Shown piece by piece: positions 26,598 to 38,975 of a stretch of 64,000 bases of DNA; within the stretch, counting starts at the first letter, position 1; each line of letters opens with the position of its first letter. Source of the DNA: Lama guanicoe. Taxonomy: Eukaryota. The position numbers and the translations under genes are program-made. The stretch is from the NCBI GenBank assembly GCA_013239625.1, contig MU053365.1, forward strand, positions 248,001-312,000, written 5' to 3'. The notes beneath the pieces are model-generated. The model saw only the letters and a list, made by a program, of their open reading frames with translations. It was not told the origin of the DNA and did no database searches.

Positions 26598-27735
26598 TGT
26601 AGTAGGTGGCCTTCCAAGACAATCCCTGCCCTCCAGTGACCCCCGCATTCTGGCACTGAGGACTCTGTGTAGTCCCAAGGCAGGAGGGAAGGGGGCAGGG
26701 CACAGCCGTTATCGGAATGATACAGCAGGTAGCACCAAGGTGGTGGAACAGTCAACTCCCAGTAGACCTTGAGCTTCAATATAGGCTCACTGTAATACAA
26801 CAGCTGCTAAATGGCACTCCCACAGGTGCCAGGGCAGTTTCAAGGCTGCCCATAAGAGGTCAGAGGGTGGGTGGTGGCCCAGCTCCTGGGAATCCCAGCC
26901 CCTTCCCCAGAGCAGCTGGAGTAACCCTCCCACTTGCACAACAACTAGCAACGCCACGCCTCCCGGTCTCTTGCTCCTTCACCTTCAGAGACAGCCCGCA
27001 CTGCTGTCTATGGAGTGTGTGTCTACTTTTACTTTAAACTGAGCACCCAACTCCCACATCTCTTGGCCTTCCTCTTGCCTTCTAAAACAGCCTGCACTCT
27101 GTCTATGGAGTACGTAACTCTCTGAATAAATCTACCTTTACTCACCTGTGGCTTGCTCTTGAATTCTTTCCTGTATGAAACCCAGGACTTAAACTTGGTG
27201 GGGTGTGTCCCAGGAACTCAACCGAGACCTGGGACACGGCCATCCTCTTGCCCCACGTTCTCCTGTATCATCCAGTCTCCTCCCCTTGAGGGTGGGCCAG
27301 ACCTAATCACTTGCTTCTAATGAATAAAATACAGCTGCCATGATGGGGTATCGTTCCCAATATTAGGTTGCTGAAGACTGTGACTTCTGTCTGGCTAGCA
27401 TTCTCTCTTGCTTCATCACTGCATCACTCTGGGGGAAGCCAGCTGCCATTGTGGTGACCCACCCTATGGAGAAGCCCATGTGACAAGAACCCAAGGGACA
27501 TCTCTGGTTATCAGTCTGCAAGAAATTGAATCCAATCAATGACCTCCCGAGTAAACTTGGTCCACCTCTAGTCAAGCTTTAAAATGGCTGCAGCGCTGAT
27601 TGCAAGCTTGTGAGAGACTAAGCCAGTCTAAGCCCTGCCCACATTCCTGGTCCACAGAAACTTTCAAATAATAAATGCGTGTTTCAGGGCACTAACTTCG
27701 GGAGTTATTTGTTATACAGCAGTAGATATAATACA
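26598..27735 (+). mobile_element. MLT1 (MaLR) LTR split by the nested ERV1 LTR
   Basis: MLT1-type 3' end ataataaatgcgtgtttc...atttgttatacagcagtagatataataca. Confidence 0.75.
26676..27270 (+). mobile_element. ERV1-like solo LTR nested in MLT1
   Basis: Same family as 21239-21873; aataaatctacc at about 27125; ends tgtatca. Confidence 0.85.
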
Positions 27736-28189
27736 CTCTCATATATCTATATTCTACAGTTAATCTTTCATTGCGCTTGTCTTATCACTACACTTGCTGT
27801 ATCCATCTATCTATCCATCCTTCTTTCTGTTCATCCATCACCCCATCTTATTTGTTTTGTTGTTGTTGTTTTTATGACTACACATCTTTTTTCACTTGTA
27901 GATTGATGGCTGTGTTCCAGCTGCCTGAGGATGTCAGAACACTGACCTTTGGATAATTAAAATAACACAGCGTTTGATCCTTCCTGAATTATGGATCAAA
28001 TACTAATAATCCCATAACCCAAGGACATTGTCCAATGATTTAACCTTGAAAATGAGGCTATTGCCTCTAAGCCATTCTTCCCACTCTGCCTTGTGAAGCT
28101 TTTTATAGTGTATTCATTTATTCGTCTTTCAACATTCCATATTAAGATGTTGCCACTTTTCAGGGCTTCAAGCAAAGTTTTCATTTTAT

Positions 28190-29410
28190 CATTCTGTTTC
28201 AATTACTATTGCTGCCTAACAAACTACCCTAACTACCCCATGAAACAGCAACCATTCACTTCCTATGCTTATGGATTCTGTTGGTCAAGGATTTAGACAG
28301 GACACAGTGGGGATTGTCCCACATTTTCTGGGACCTCAGCTGGGAAGACTCGAATGACTCGGGTAACTTGAACAGTTGGTGACTAGAATTACCTGGAGGT
28401 TTCTTCACTCATACGTCTGACACCTGGGCTGTGATGTATTCAGAGATAGGTTCAGCTGGGACAGGTGACCAGAGCACCTATACATGGTCTAGCAGTATGA
28501 ATTGGTCCTCCATTTGGAAACTAGCAAAATATGAAAAAGTAATATGAAAAATCACCCAGAATTTCTCCCATCCAGAAAAAAAATCACTATTAATATTTTG
28601 GTGTATTTCTGTTATGCTTCTTATGCGCTGAAATGTGTTAAACTTTATAAAAATGTAAAGTATTATCTAGGCTATTTAATAAAAACCCAGCCCATGTAGA
28701 AAAGTTTAGAATGGAAAAGGCAGATCTCTCTTCCTCTCCCAAGTTAAAATAAACTTTGACAGTTTCCATTTTTCAGTTATTTTGATAGTTACCACGACAA
28801 ATGTTAAATCATGTATTTTGTCAATTTCTTTTTTGATTTATCAACTTAAAAAATCCCTGATGATTCATCAGTACTTTCTACTTTTACGCTTGACTTCCAC
28901 TCATTTGTATTTTAACACTATATTTACAACTTGCAATATTTTGTAATTTACTAACTTTAGGCAGTGTCTAAGGAGATGTGACTTTGTAGATTTTGGGGCT
29001 ATATTATTATATTTACTTTTTCAAGGTTGATAACATTTATATTCCCTTATATAACTATAATTATTACTAAAATTTCGTGCTTTGTTTATAAGTTGAGACC
29101 AAAATTTAAAATTAATAAAACAGCCTTTATAATAAAAAAAAAATATGAACTGGTCCTCTTTAATATGACAGCTGTTTTCTGAGAGGGAGCATCCTGAGCT
29201 GGAACTTTCAAAAAAAGCAAATATTTCAAGAGAGGTAGGCAGAATCTTACATGGACTTTTATGACCTAGTCTTGCAACACGTCACCTCTGTCATACTCTC
29301 TAATTGTCGAAGAAGTCACAGGCCCACCCGGACTCAATGGGGAGGGGGGCATGGACTCCATATCTCAATGGGAGAAGTGTCAAAGAATTTACAGCCATCT
29401 TTTACAATTA
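28190..29410 (-). mobile_element. MLT1-type LTR, split by the 28511-29143 retro-insertion
   Basis: ctattgctgcctaacaaactacc start motif; resumes after the TSD with ttatgacctagtcttg...agtcacaggcccaccc. Confidence 0.7.
28511..29143 (+). other. Orphan polyadenylated retro-insertion (633 bp)
   Basis: 15-bp TSD tatgaa(t/c)tggtcctc at 28496-28510 and 29144-29158; AATAAA at 29114-29119; A tail at about 29130-29143. Confidence 0.8.
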
Positions 29411-30499
29411 TCATCTTAATTTCTTTTAATTGTTCTCTGTGCCTACGGAAGAAGTAGAATATCTTGGAAAATGCTGCCAAAATTGTTCACACACCACTTT
29501 TAGACAACCACAGGAAACAATAGTTGGCTCAGTAAACAACGTAATTTCCAAACTGCGGCTGTTATATGATGCTTGAGAAAAATTGACAGAAGTAACTGAT
29601 GACTCATTTGCAAATTTGGGAATAAAAAGTTGTTGACATTACAGAGCATGTTGCCATCTCTCACTATCTCAACTGTCAAGAAAGCCACAGCTGAGACACA
29701 GAAAACTTCTCCCCATGGGACCTTAAAGTGTGTATGTATCTAAGAATCTCACTATGCACTTTTATGTTTCTCTTTTCAAGCCTAAATCTGCTCATTCAGT
29801 GGCTTGACCCACATCCACTTATTCAAATAGCCTCTTCAAAAACGTTTGTTGAATGAATAATTGAATGGATGAATAAACAGAAAAAAAATCACTGATCCCT
29901 TACACACCTGAAAAAAATATTCAGTGAAAGAAAATCCTTGGATTTGAGGTCTGGAAATGGAGATCTCTGACCAGAAATGAAGAGCAAATTCTGGATTAAG
30001 AAGATGACTATGTTATTAGTTTCATCGTCCAACCACTCATCCATCCATATTTAAAATATATTTGGAACTTAAGTCCAATAGGACAGAAAGGAAGTGGACA
30101 AGTAAAATATGTGAGATATACAAAGAAAATATATACTAAATATGAAGGAAAAGTCAGGGTGTTCTAAGGCACCTACTTCAATTAGATGATCAAAGAAGAC
30201 TTATCTGAGGAGGAGACACTGAAGCTGAGATCTGAAGAATTGGAATGAAAGAGTCAAGTGAAGAGTGGAAGAGACAGAAAAAACAATGTATGTGAAGTCC
30301 CAGAGGTAGAAAAGGAGTTTGGAATATAGCTGGATTCTAACTGACAGAGGACAGAGTGGTACTGAATGATGTATAGGCTAAGGTAATAAGTTTGTAAGGT
30401 TTTAAGCAAGGGAGTGATATGATCTGATTTATATTTTTCAATGAAAACTCTACTATATGCGTGATGGCGTGTAAAGGGTAAGGGTGAACATGTTGCTTG

Positions 30500-32190
30500 C
30501 CTTTTCAATATTTTAATGAGGTCTTTTAATAAAGCTAAGTTATTTACTGTACTCCAACTTATTAATATTTTGTTTAGTGCTTTCTGTATCCTCCTTTAAA
30601 TTATTTTTGATCCTTGAGTTATGAAGATATACTCCTATGTTAATTTCTGAAAGTTTTATTATTTTGCCACTCACGTTTAGTTCTACAACACGCTAACAAT
30701 GGAGTTTTCTGTATAAATGAGGGACAGACCCAATTGCAATTTTATTTTCAAATATATATCCTATTGATCCAACACCATTTACTGGAAAAGCCATCTTTTC
30801 TTCAGTACTCTCCAGTGCCACCTTTTACATAAAACAAGTGTCCATATATATGGGTCTATTTCTGGACTTTCTATTCTGATCACTTTATTTCTCTATGTGT
30901 TCATGCCACACTGTTTTAATTACTGTAGTTTTATAAGTCTTGCTATACACTGTAACAAATCCTCCCATGTTGTTCTTTTCGATGCATATTCTTGGCTCTG
31001 TGTATTTTCATATACATTTTAGAGTCAGCATGTCAGTTTCTACATAAACACACACACACACACCCGTCTGTTGAGTAGAATTAGCAATGAATCTATAGAT
31101 TGATTTGGAGAGAATTAATATATTTGTAATGTAGAGTCTTCCACTCCATGAACATGGAATATCTCCCCATTTATTTCAATATTCTTCAATTTCTTTCACT
31201 ATTATTTTACAATTATCTGCACAGGTGACTTGCATGTTTTTGTCAGATTATTCCTAGATTTTGTATAATTTTAACACTATTTTGAAGGATATCTATTTAA
31301 AAGTTGTATTTATATAGAAATGGCAATTGATTTGTGACCATTGCTTTTGAATCTAGTTAAGCTGGTAACTCTTATTAATTCAAATAATGTACTTGTAAAT
31401 AATTTTGGGTTTTCAATGTATATAATTATATAAAATGTAAAAGATAGTTTTGTTTTCTTTCTTTAAAATCCTTATACTTTTTTCCCCTTGCTTTGCTGTG
31501 CTGACTAGGAACTCCAGCACAATGCTGAATAGCAGTGGTGCTAGTGGACAGCCTTGTCCTCTTTTTTATCACAAAGTGAAAATTTGACTGTTTCACCATT
31601 ATGTTTGCAGTAGGTTTTGTGAAACACACTTTATCAGACACACTTTATTTTTTTTAACCTTTCAGAAGAAACCCTTTAATTTTTTTCCAAAGGAAAAAAA
31701 GCCATATAAATATTAGAGTATGAAACTTGCATAAGACACAGGAAAGAGAAAGTTCTCTTCCACATAAGAGGTTTTGTTGTTTCATCATAAATATATGCTG
31801 AATTTTATCAAACATGATTTTCTCATGTATTGATAAAATTATATGATTTCTTTCCTCCATTAATTTAGTATTTTTTTACTCTATATTAGTAATGACTTAT
31901 ATAAATTAATATTCTAATATTGAACCAACTTTGAGTTCTTGAGATAAACCCAACTTGATCATGATGTATTATATTTTTTCACATACCACTGAGTTTGGTA
32001 TGCTAGTATTTAAGATTTTTACATTTGTGTCTATGAGTGAGATGGACATGTAATTTTTTGGTACTATTCTTAGGTTTTATATCATAGTTATGATATCTTC
32101 ATAAAATAAACTTGGATGTGTATCCTATTTTGCTTTTCGCTTGAATAGTTTGTGTAACACTGGAATAATTTCTTGAAGGTAGAATTCTCC
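30500..32190 (-). mobile_element. Old L1 ORF2 remnant
   Basis: Degenerate ORF2 peptides (NHIILSIHEKIMFDKIQHIFM; KPTANIMV). Confidence 0.8.
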
Positions 32191-32199
32191 AGCGAAGTC

Positions 32200-34596
32200 A
32201 TCTGGATGTGAAGGAAGCCAGCTTGTGCAGAGCGGCCCGGGCTGCAGTCACCTGATGGCTCACGGTCAGGCAGTTCCTCTCTATCAGCGCTCAGTAGCAC
32301 TCCAGGGACTGTTCTATAAAACACGTAAAATCCTCCACCATAGACGGCATGGCCTTGCTCCAGAACCCTAGTGGTCTTTGTTGTTGTTCTCTTATTTAGG
32401 CTTGCCATAAACCCAACTGACACTAGAGGTTTCCATTTGGCCTTCTCCACTATGGTACCTCTTATGTCACAGGCCAAGAAACTAATACTTGAGCCAACCA
32501 CCAAGCGTGTCCATTCCAATTACTATAAACTTAGAGACTGGAAGAATGATCATCGGATGGGTCTATGGCTCCAGTGAACACATTATGAGCCAGATCTGAG
32601 CCAGGACAACATTTATTATCTAGTCCTCATATGTCCCTACTCTACTCGGGGGATCAGGATGATACTTCAAGTACGCGGGTATCAATGGAAACAGAGTCTG
32701 TGAAATGTCTGGATAGTCCCCTTTCACCAGTAGACAGTCACCCAAGTCAGTGGCCATTTGTCCTTTTTGAGAAAACTCAGAAGCATCATTACCATATATG
32801 CTGGTGTGGTAGGACAGGATCCTCTCCACTAGAGACCTAGTCTCTCTTTCATTCAATGGGTTGCAGGTCTGAAAAGTAGCTTAGGTCTGGAGACTAAGCA
32901 AGTGATTTTGATTTCACTGGGTGACTGCCCACATCCTCTTGCTCGCCCACCCTTGATTTCTTCTGATGGTGCAGACTGAGTACCACCCTTGCTGGCTGCC
33001 ATCTATCTTGTCTCTAGGGATCTTGTGTTTTGCTGTCCGCTTTGCTCTCTGCAGGTCAGGCCTTCCCCGCAACTCTGATCTTGCCGTTCGCTACAGTAAT
33101 CTTATGCAAGTGGTTTCTGATAGTAAAATGCCACCGCCTGGGCTTTAGTGTCATCTGCATTGCTCTCAGTGAGCACAGCTCTATAATCACACCTCCTGCC
33201 ATCTACCCTGTCCTGTAAGGGACATCCACCACTGACCTTAGTGATGCTGGTGGCCCTCTCACGGGTGCTTTCCTGATAGCCTTGGAGAATAGCATCTCCT
33301 TCAGGCCCCCTGTAGAACAGAGTCATTTGGTAAGGACTCCAGCCTTCCATGGAATAGCTATTCGATCGTGTCCATTTCTTGGAGGCTTTAATCACCTTTT
33401 CTTCTGCCTGCCTCCACAATCGTAGCATCTCTACCTTGCTTGGTGTGGGTAATTGCTTTTTCCATATTTCATCATAAGCAGCATTTTCATGTGGTCTCCC
33501 CGGGTCCTTGCCAGGTTGTTCAATCTTGTATCTCTAGCAAGTGCTCCCCCATCAATGTCATTTATCTAACTGTATACCCCACCTCCCCCGCCCCGATCCA
33601 GCACACGCAGGATTCAGACCCATGTATACTCCCTACTGGCTCCTGCGGGGTCATGCCGACTAGCTCCAGCTGCCCCTTTGAGGTCGAGTGCCTTTCTTCC
33701 CTCAGCAGGCCCGGCACCTCCCCAGTCAGGTTATACTGTGACATAATCCTGGCTCTTGGCCCACTGGGCAGGAGAGGAGGCAAACGTAGATCCCGAGGCA
33801 GCACTCGTCACTTTCAGGGATGCAGCCTCTGTGTTACCCTTAAGAAAGGAGGGAGCATTAATAGAAAAGTGGGCCACTCTGTACCCGCAAATGTTTCAGA
33901 GAACTCAAATATTCTCGATTTTCAGGTGCATCAATCCAGGTCCCCCATGCCAGGATCTGGGTCCCTATTCTTTCCCAACCAGGGCCTTGGCCTTGGCCTA
34001 ACACACCTGTGGTTGGCAGTTTAAGTGGTCTTTGGCTTTCTGTTACTCCGATGATTCATTTCTAGCTTTGTCTACTTTGGGTGCAAGGGGTGAGAAGTTT
34101 ATACCTTCTACAAAGGAAGTCCTCTGATTTTCATACTTAGTTTTTTTGTTTTTTGGGGGTTTTCTGCTTTGCTTTCTTTTGGTATGAATATATACTTGAC
34201 ATAATCATACTTATGTTTCAATGTAATGCTCTTGGAAACAGTGAGTGTTTCTAATGAAATGGAAACTGACTCTGTGTCGTGTTTTACCGTAGATTTTCAT
34301 ACTTAGCTTTTAATTGCTGATTAATCACTCACAGCCTTTTGTTATCTTTCTCCAAACATTATTCATGCTTAGCAAAGGCCACCCAGTTTCACTATTGCTA
34401 GTGAACTTCCTTCTACAGGTATCATTTTCCAGGTCCCATGGGTATAAGTGTCAATGATTGGATTGTCACCTTGGGCTGGAGCTATTCCCAGGCCACCATC
34501 TTCTGTGAAGGGAGCCTCGGTGCCAGCTCTCTGGCAAGTGGCTCAGCTGCAGAATGCTGTCTTCGTGTGAGCTTCCTTGGGTTACTGGCACCAACT
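32200..34596 (-). mobile_element. ERVL-class (HERV16-like) internal remnant: gag, protease, deleted pol, RNase H fragment
   Basis: Minus-strand peptides resembling ERVL gag (MSQYNLTGEV..LREERH), protease (LIPAYLKYHPDPPSRVGTY), KAKWKPL and GFWSKAMPS; PBS-like ttggtgccag adjacent to the LTR at about 34586-34595. Confidence 0.8.
34141..34291 (-). other. Short orphan retro-insertion (151 bp) inside the ERVL remnant
   Basis: Perfect 15-bp TSD gattttcatacttag (34126-34140, 34292-34306); T-rich tract at the left end is an A tail on the minus strand. Confidence 0.8.
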
Positions 34597-34970
34597 TCCG
34601 CAGTTTATCTTGGATTCTGAGAGGGAAATTCATGTTCCGGAATATTATGAAAGAGTGCTCTTGGGATCAAGGGCCCCTGTAGGATGGCAGGAGGCAGGGG
34701 GGCACAGAGGGAGACACTGGGCTGTGACCTATGCTCAGCCAAGACCAGTCACCCCCTTGGTGAGCACCGAGGCTGGCAAGGCCTTGCCGAGTTTTCCCAC
34801 ACTGCAGTGGGGTGGCTATGTCCTTCAGTGTCACCAATGCAAACTATACCTGAGAGGGTGCAGTCTTTCGCGCCAAAGTCAAGTGCCATCAGCACTCCCA
34901 GCAGCTGGGGAAATAAGAATTTTAGTCCCCGAAGTGAGGTCTAGGAGGCACATCACGGCATCCATGTGGG
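34597..34970 (-). mobile_element. LTR16-like ERVL 5' LTR
   Basis: gagtgctcttgggatcaa, cagcactcccagcagctggggaaat and gcacatcacggcatcca match LTR16A/C as I recall it. Confidence 0.75.
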
Positions 34971-35376
34971 CATGTGTGTGTACAAAATTAGCTAGAAGGG
35001 GCAGGGAAGGCCTCTTGGGGGAGGTGACATTAGGGATGAGGTCTGATTAGCAAGGAGCCAGCCCTGCGCATCTCATCAGGATGAGTCTTCCCATGTTGAT
35101 GTGCTGGGGCTCCGAGGCAGGAGCAGCTGGGTGTGTGTGACGTAAGGGAAGACCAGCGGCCGTAGCATGGGCAGTGGCGGGAGGGATGCCCTCAGATGCC
35201 AATGGGGAGACGAACAGAGGCCAGCCAGGCCGTGCCAGGCCTGGTGGGTCGTACAAGCCAGCAAAAGTTGGATTTTGTTCTAAATGCAGTAGCACCATCA
35301 GAGGGTTTTAAGCAACGGACAGATGCATGATTAGGCTTATTTTATCAGGCAGCTCTTGCTGCAGTGTTGAGAACAG

Positions 35377-35553
35377 GCCAACGATTCGCAAATGTTGCTG
35401 CACATTGGAATCACCTGGGGATTGTTTAAAAGCTGCTGCTGCCTGGCACCCACTTCCAGTCTTCCTGATTTAATTAGTTTGGAGTGACATGGGCATGGGG
35501 ACATTTTTAAAGCTCCCCAAGTCATTCTAATGTGCAGCAAAGTGGGAACCAGC
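35377..35553. mobile_element. MER5A-like hAT-Charlie MITE within L2 sequence
   Basis: gctgcacattggaatcacctgggga...aagctccccaagtcattctaatgtgcagc inverted arms. Confidence 0.8.
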
Positions 35554-35701
35554 AGAATAGTTTGAAGGGGAACCAAGAGAAGAAGTTGGAAGCCCAGTTA
35601 AGGAGGCGATTACAGGAATCCAGGCAAGAGATGGTGGAGGCTTAGACCGAGATGGTAGCAACAGCGGTGGTTAGAAACGGCCACATCTTGGCTTCCTGTC
35701 C

Positions 35702-35789
35702 TTTTCTTTTCAGTGGCAGTGCTAGGGATTAAACCCAGGGCCTCACGCATGCTAAGCGTGGCTCTCCCACTGAGCTCTACCCAACCCCC
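35702..35789 (-). mobile_element. tRNA-derived camelid SINE (vic-1-like)
   Basis: Reverse complement has A box (agagctcagtgg) and B box (ggtttaatccc); TSD ttggc(t/c)tcct(g/t)tc at 35688-35700 and 35790-35802. Confidence 0.8.
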
Positions 35790-35799
35790 TTGGCCTCCT

Positions 35800-36215
35800 T
35801 TCTGCCCTCTTCTCTGCCCTCTCTCTGACCACCCCATCCATGCTGCTCCCTGCATGTCCTGACTCCCTGCTCACTTATGCCTCAAAGTCCATGCACTTCC
35901 CCGGGCATCTGGCTGCGCTGCTTTCCCCAGACCTTCACAGGGCTTGTCTCCCTGCCGTATTCACCCTTCTGGTCCGAAGCCACCTCTTCAGAGACACTTT
36001 CCTTGACCCCTCTATCTGAAAATGGCCCCTCTACCCCAGCCTCACTTTCTGTGTCACCCCCAGATCCCTTGCTCTGATGAATTTTGTTTCATAGCATTTA
36101 TCACCCCTTCATATTATATGGTATGTTCATGTGTTTGTTACCTGTCTCCCGTATAGACTGCAAGCTCCTTGAGGGCAGAGTCTTTGCCCAACTTGTTGAC
36201 GCCTGTATCCTCTGC
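35800..36215 (+). mobile_element. L2 3' region
   Basis: ttcagagacactttccttgacc...tagactgcaagctccttgagggcagag. Confidence 0.7.
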
Positions 36216-38254
36216 ACCGGGCTGGGGGTTGCAGAAGTAGCTTCTAGAAAGCTCACAGCACAGGCCACCCCAGGGCCTGGTGCAGTGGGCACTTGTCATC
36301 ATGACTGCAGTGCTTTTGGTGCATATGCTTGAATGTCATGTAAACCACAGGATGACCGTACAAATGAGTGTTCTGTGCTTGGGGTTAATTGATGTTCCTG
36401 GTCTTCCTGCATCCATCCTCCCATCCTTCATCCCAGCACTTAGAGTCCCACTCCTCCTCCCTTTGGCCTTGGGGCCCCACGTGTTTATCTAAAGTGTACT
36501 GATATAGATGAGAGCTCCTTTAGGTGCCATATCCCTAACTAAATGTTGACACTCAGCCTGATTACATTCTGAGCCATCGAGCATTTCTGGTCTAGGAAGG
36601 CTCCTACCAGTGCCTGTGTGCTAGATTCTTTCTTGCAAAGGACAGTCGCAGCCCTGGCTAAGATCCGCTTTATGGAATCGAATTTTTAATAACATCCCCA
36701 GCCTCTGCTTGAAGAGGGAAGGATGCCTTTCAGCTCTTGTGACTACCAGGGAACCATACATGGTTTCTCATATTTAGGAGATTTGGCAAGTGATACAACT
36801 ATTTTTCAATTGCCATTTCTTCATCATCTTCTCTGTGCCTGGCGCTGTACCAGATGATTTTGCATGTCACTCGTCTAATTTTCAAAACAAACTGGGAGTT
36901 AGAGGTCCATTTCCCAGGCAAGGAAATGAGATTTAGGCAGGTGAAGTCACTGGCTGCAAGCTTCCTCGCTAAGAGGTCATGTCTCACCTCAGACCTAGTA
37001 CAATTAGGTTCTAATAAATGCTTTTTGAATGACTGACAGAGGAGTGGCACTGGGATGAGAGTCTGGGACCAGCCAGTCCCTAGCCTCAGACTCTGTCCAG
37101 CTAGAGAAATGGCTGGAGAAACACCAGGGTCTTGGGGACAATGGCAGTAAGGAGGCCTGTGATCCTTGATTTTGTAGGTCCCAATAAATCACGATACCCT
37201 CACTTGGCAGTAGTTATACTTTTGTGGCATTGGTTGATGGAGAAAATACACAGTGACAATGAACTACTTTAGATTTGGTTTTATTTTTAAATCAATTTAT
37301 ATTTCATTTATTATAGTAGCATCCATAGACACTTGAAAACTTGTGACATGCATGTAATAATGGTCAAATATTAATACATTTCACGTATGCTAACTCTCAG
37401 GTAAACATTATTTCTCCTTATTACACAGATGAGGAAAGAGGCATGGCAAAGTGAGGAACCCACCAGAATGTCAGAACGGGGGCTGGACCCAGGCGACCCA
37501 GCTCTGGGGCCCGTGAGCACGTACTAGAGCACCTTTATGGAGCGCCTGTACGATTTATTCGGTCCAGGATTGATGCCTGCTTCCCGTGCTGAACCCTCGG
37601 CACCAACACCCAAGCCCCTCAAAGATCCAATTTCCGGGTTGGGAAACAGCGGTCTAGAGTCCAGGCCAGTGGACCTGCTTCTCTGGTGCACCTCTGGTCC
37701 CTCCCTCTCCACTTCCTCTGGGCCCAGCACAGCTCAGGCCCCCAGATGGTCTGCAAATGTGCTGGGGACAAATGAGTGAGTGAGTGCACAAGGGGACAGA
37801 GTCATGAATGACAGATAGGCGCTCAGTCAACTATGCTGTTCTGGCTGGGAAATGTGGGACCCTCCGCAGCCACCACTAGCCATTCCAGCTAGAAGCTGTC
37901 CTGAGAACAACTGGCCCGTCGCGGCAGAAGGGGTAGCATGGGAGACCCATGGCTGAAGTCCAAGGTCCGGGCCCCACACTTGGTTCCCAGTCTTCTCTCA
38001 TGCCAGCCCCTTTCCTTAGGGCCTGCAGGAGGCCCATGTTGTGCTTGAGCTGGGTTTGAAGGCTTAGGTGATTCAAGTGGCCTTTCCTAATGATGCTGCA
38101 TGTATACTCTTCTCTGTCTCATTTATGGGGAAGAGGAATAGATCCTATCAAAGAACAAAGAGTGGGTGAAGCTGGTGGGAGAGCGGGATCTGTATCTAGA
38201 GTGGCTCTGGGTTCTCTCATCCCCTGACTGTTCTGGGTCGGGGAACATCATCTG

Positions 38255-38975
38255 ATATAACGTGAAATTTACCCTTTTGAAATTCTAAGTGTACAATATA
38301 ACACTGTTAATCGCAGGCACAGTGTCAGGGAACAGAGCTCCAGAGCTTTTGCATCTTGCACAACTGAAACTCTATATGCATTGCACAATAATCCCCCATT
38401 TCCCACCCTCCAACCCCTGGTGCCCGCCATTTTGCTTTCTGCTTCTGGGAGTTTGACTCCTTTAGATCCCTCATGTAAGTGGACTTGTGCAGTATTTGTC
38501 CTTCTGTGACTGGCTCACTTCACTTAGCATAATGTGCTCCAAGTTCATCCATGTTATTACATATACATATTCCTTCTTTTTTAAGGCTGAATGAATAATA
38601 TTCCAGTGTACATCTAATACCATTAAAAAATCCATTCTTCAGTTGATGGACATTTAGGTTGTTTCCACCTCTTGGCTATTGTGACTCATGCTACCTACCG
38701 TGAACATGGGAGCACAGATATCTCTTTGAGAGCCTGTCTTCAATTCTTTTAGCTATATACCCAGCAGCGGGCCCACTGGATCACACAGTATTTCTAGGTT
38801 TACTTTGGGGTAGGGACCTCTAGACTGTTTTCTATAATAGCTCTACCAATTTATGTTCTCAGCAAGCGTGCACAGGGGTTCCAATTTCTCCACATCCCAG
38901 CCAACACTTGTTATTTTCTGGGCTTTTGTGTTTGTTTTTGTTTTTAAATAATGACCATACTAAAAGGTGTGAGGT
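38255..38975 (-). mobile_element. L1MA/MB-like 3' fragment
   Basis: cagtatttgtccttctgtgactggctcacttcacttagcataatg and related L1 motifs. Confidence 0.85.
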
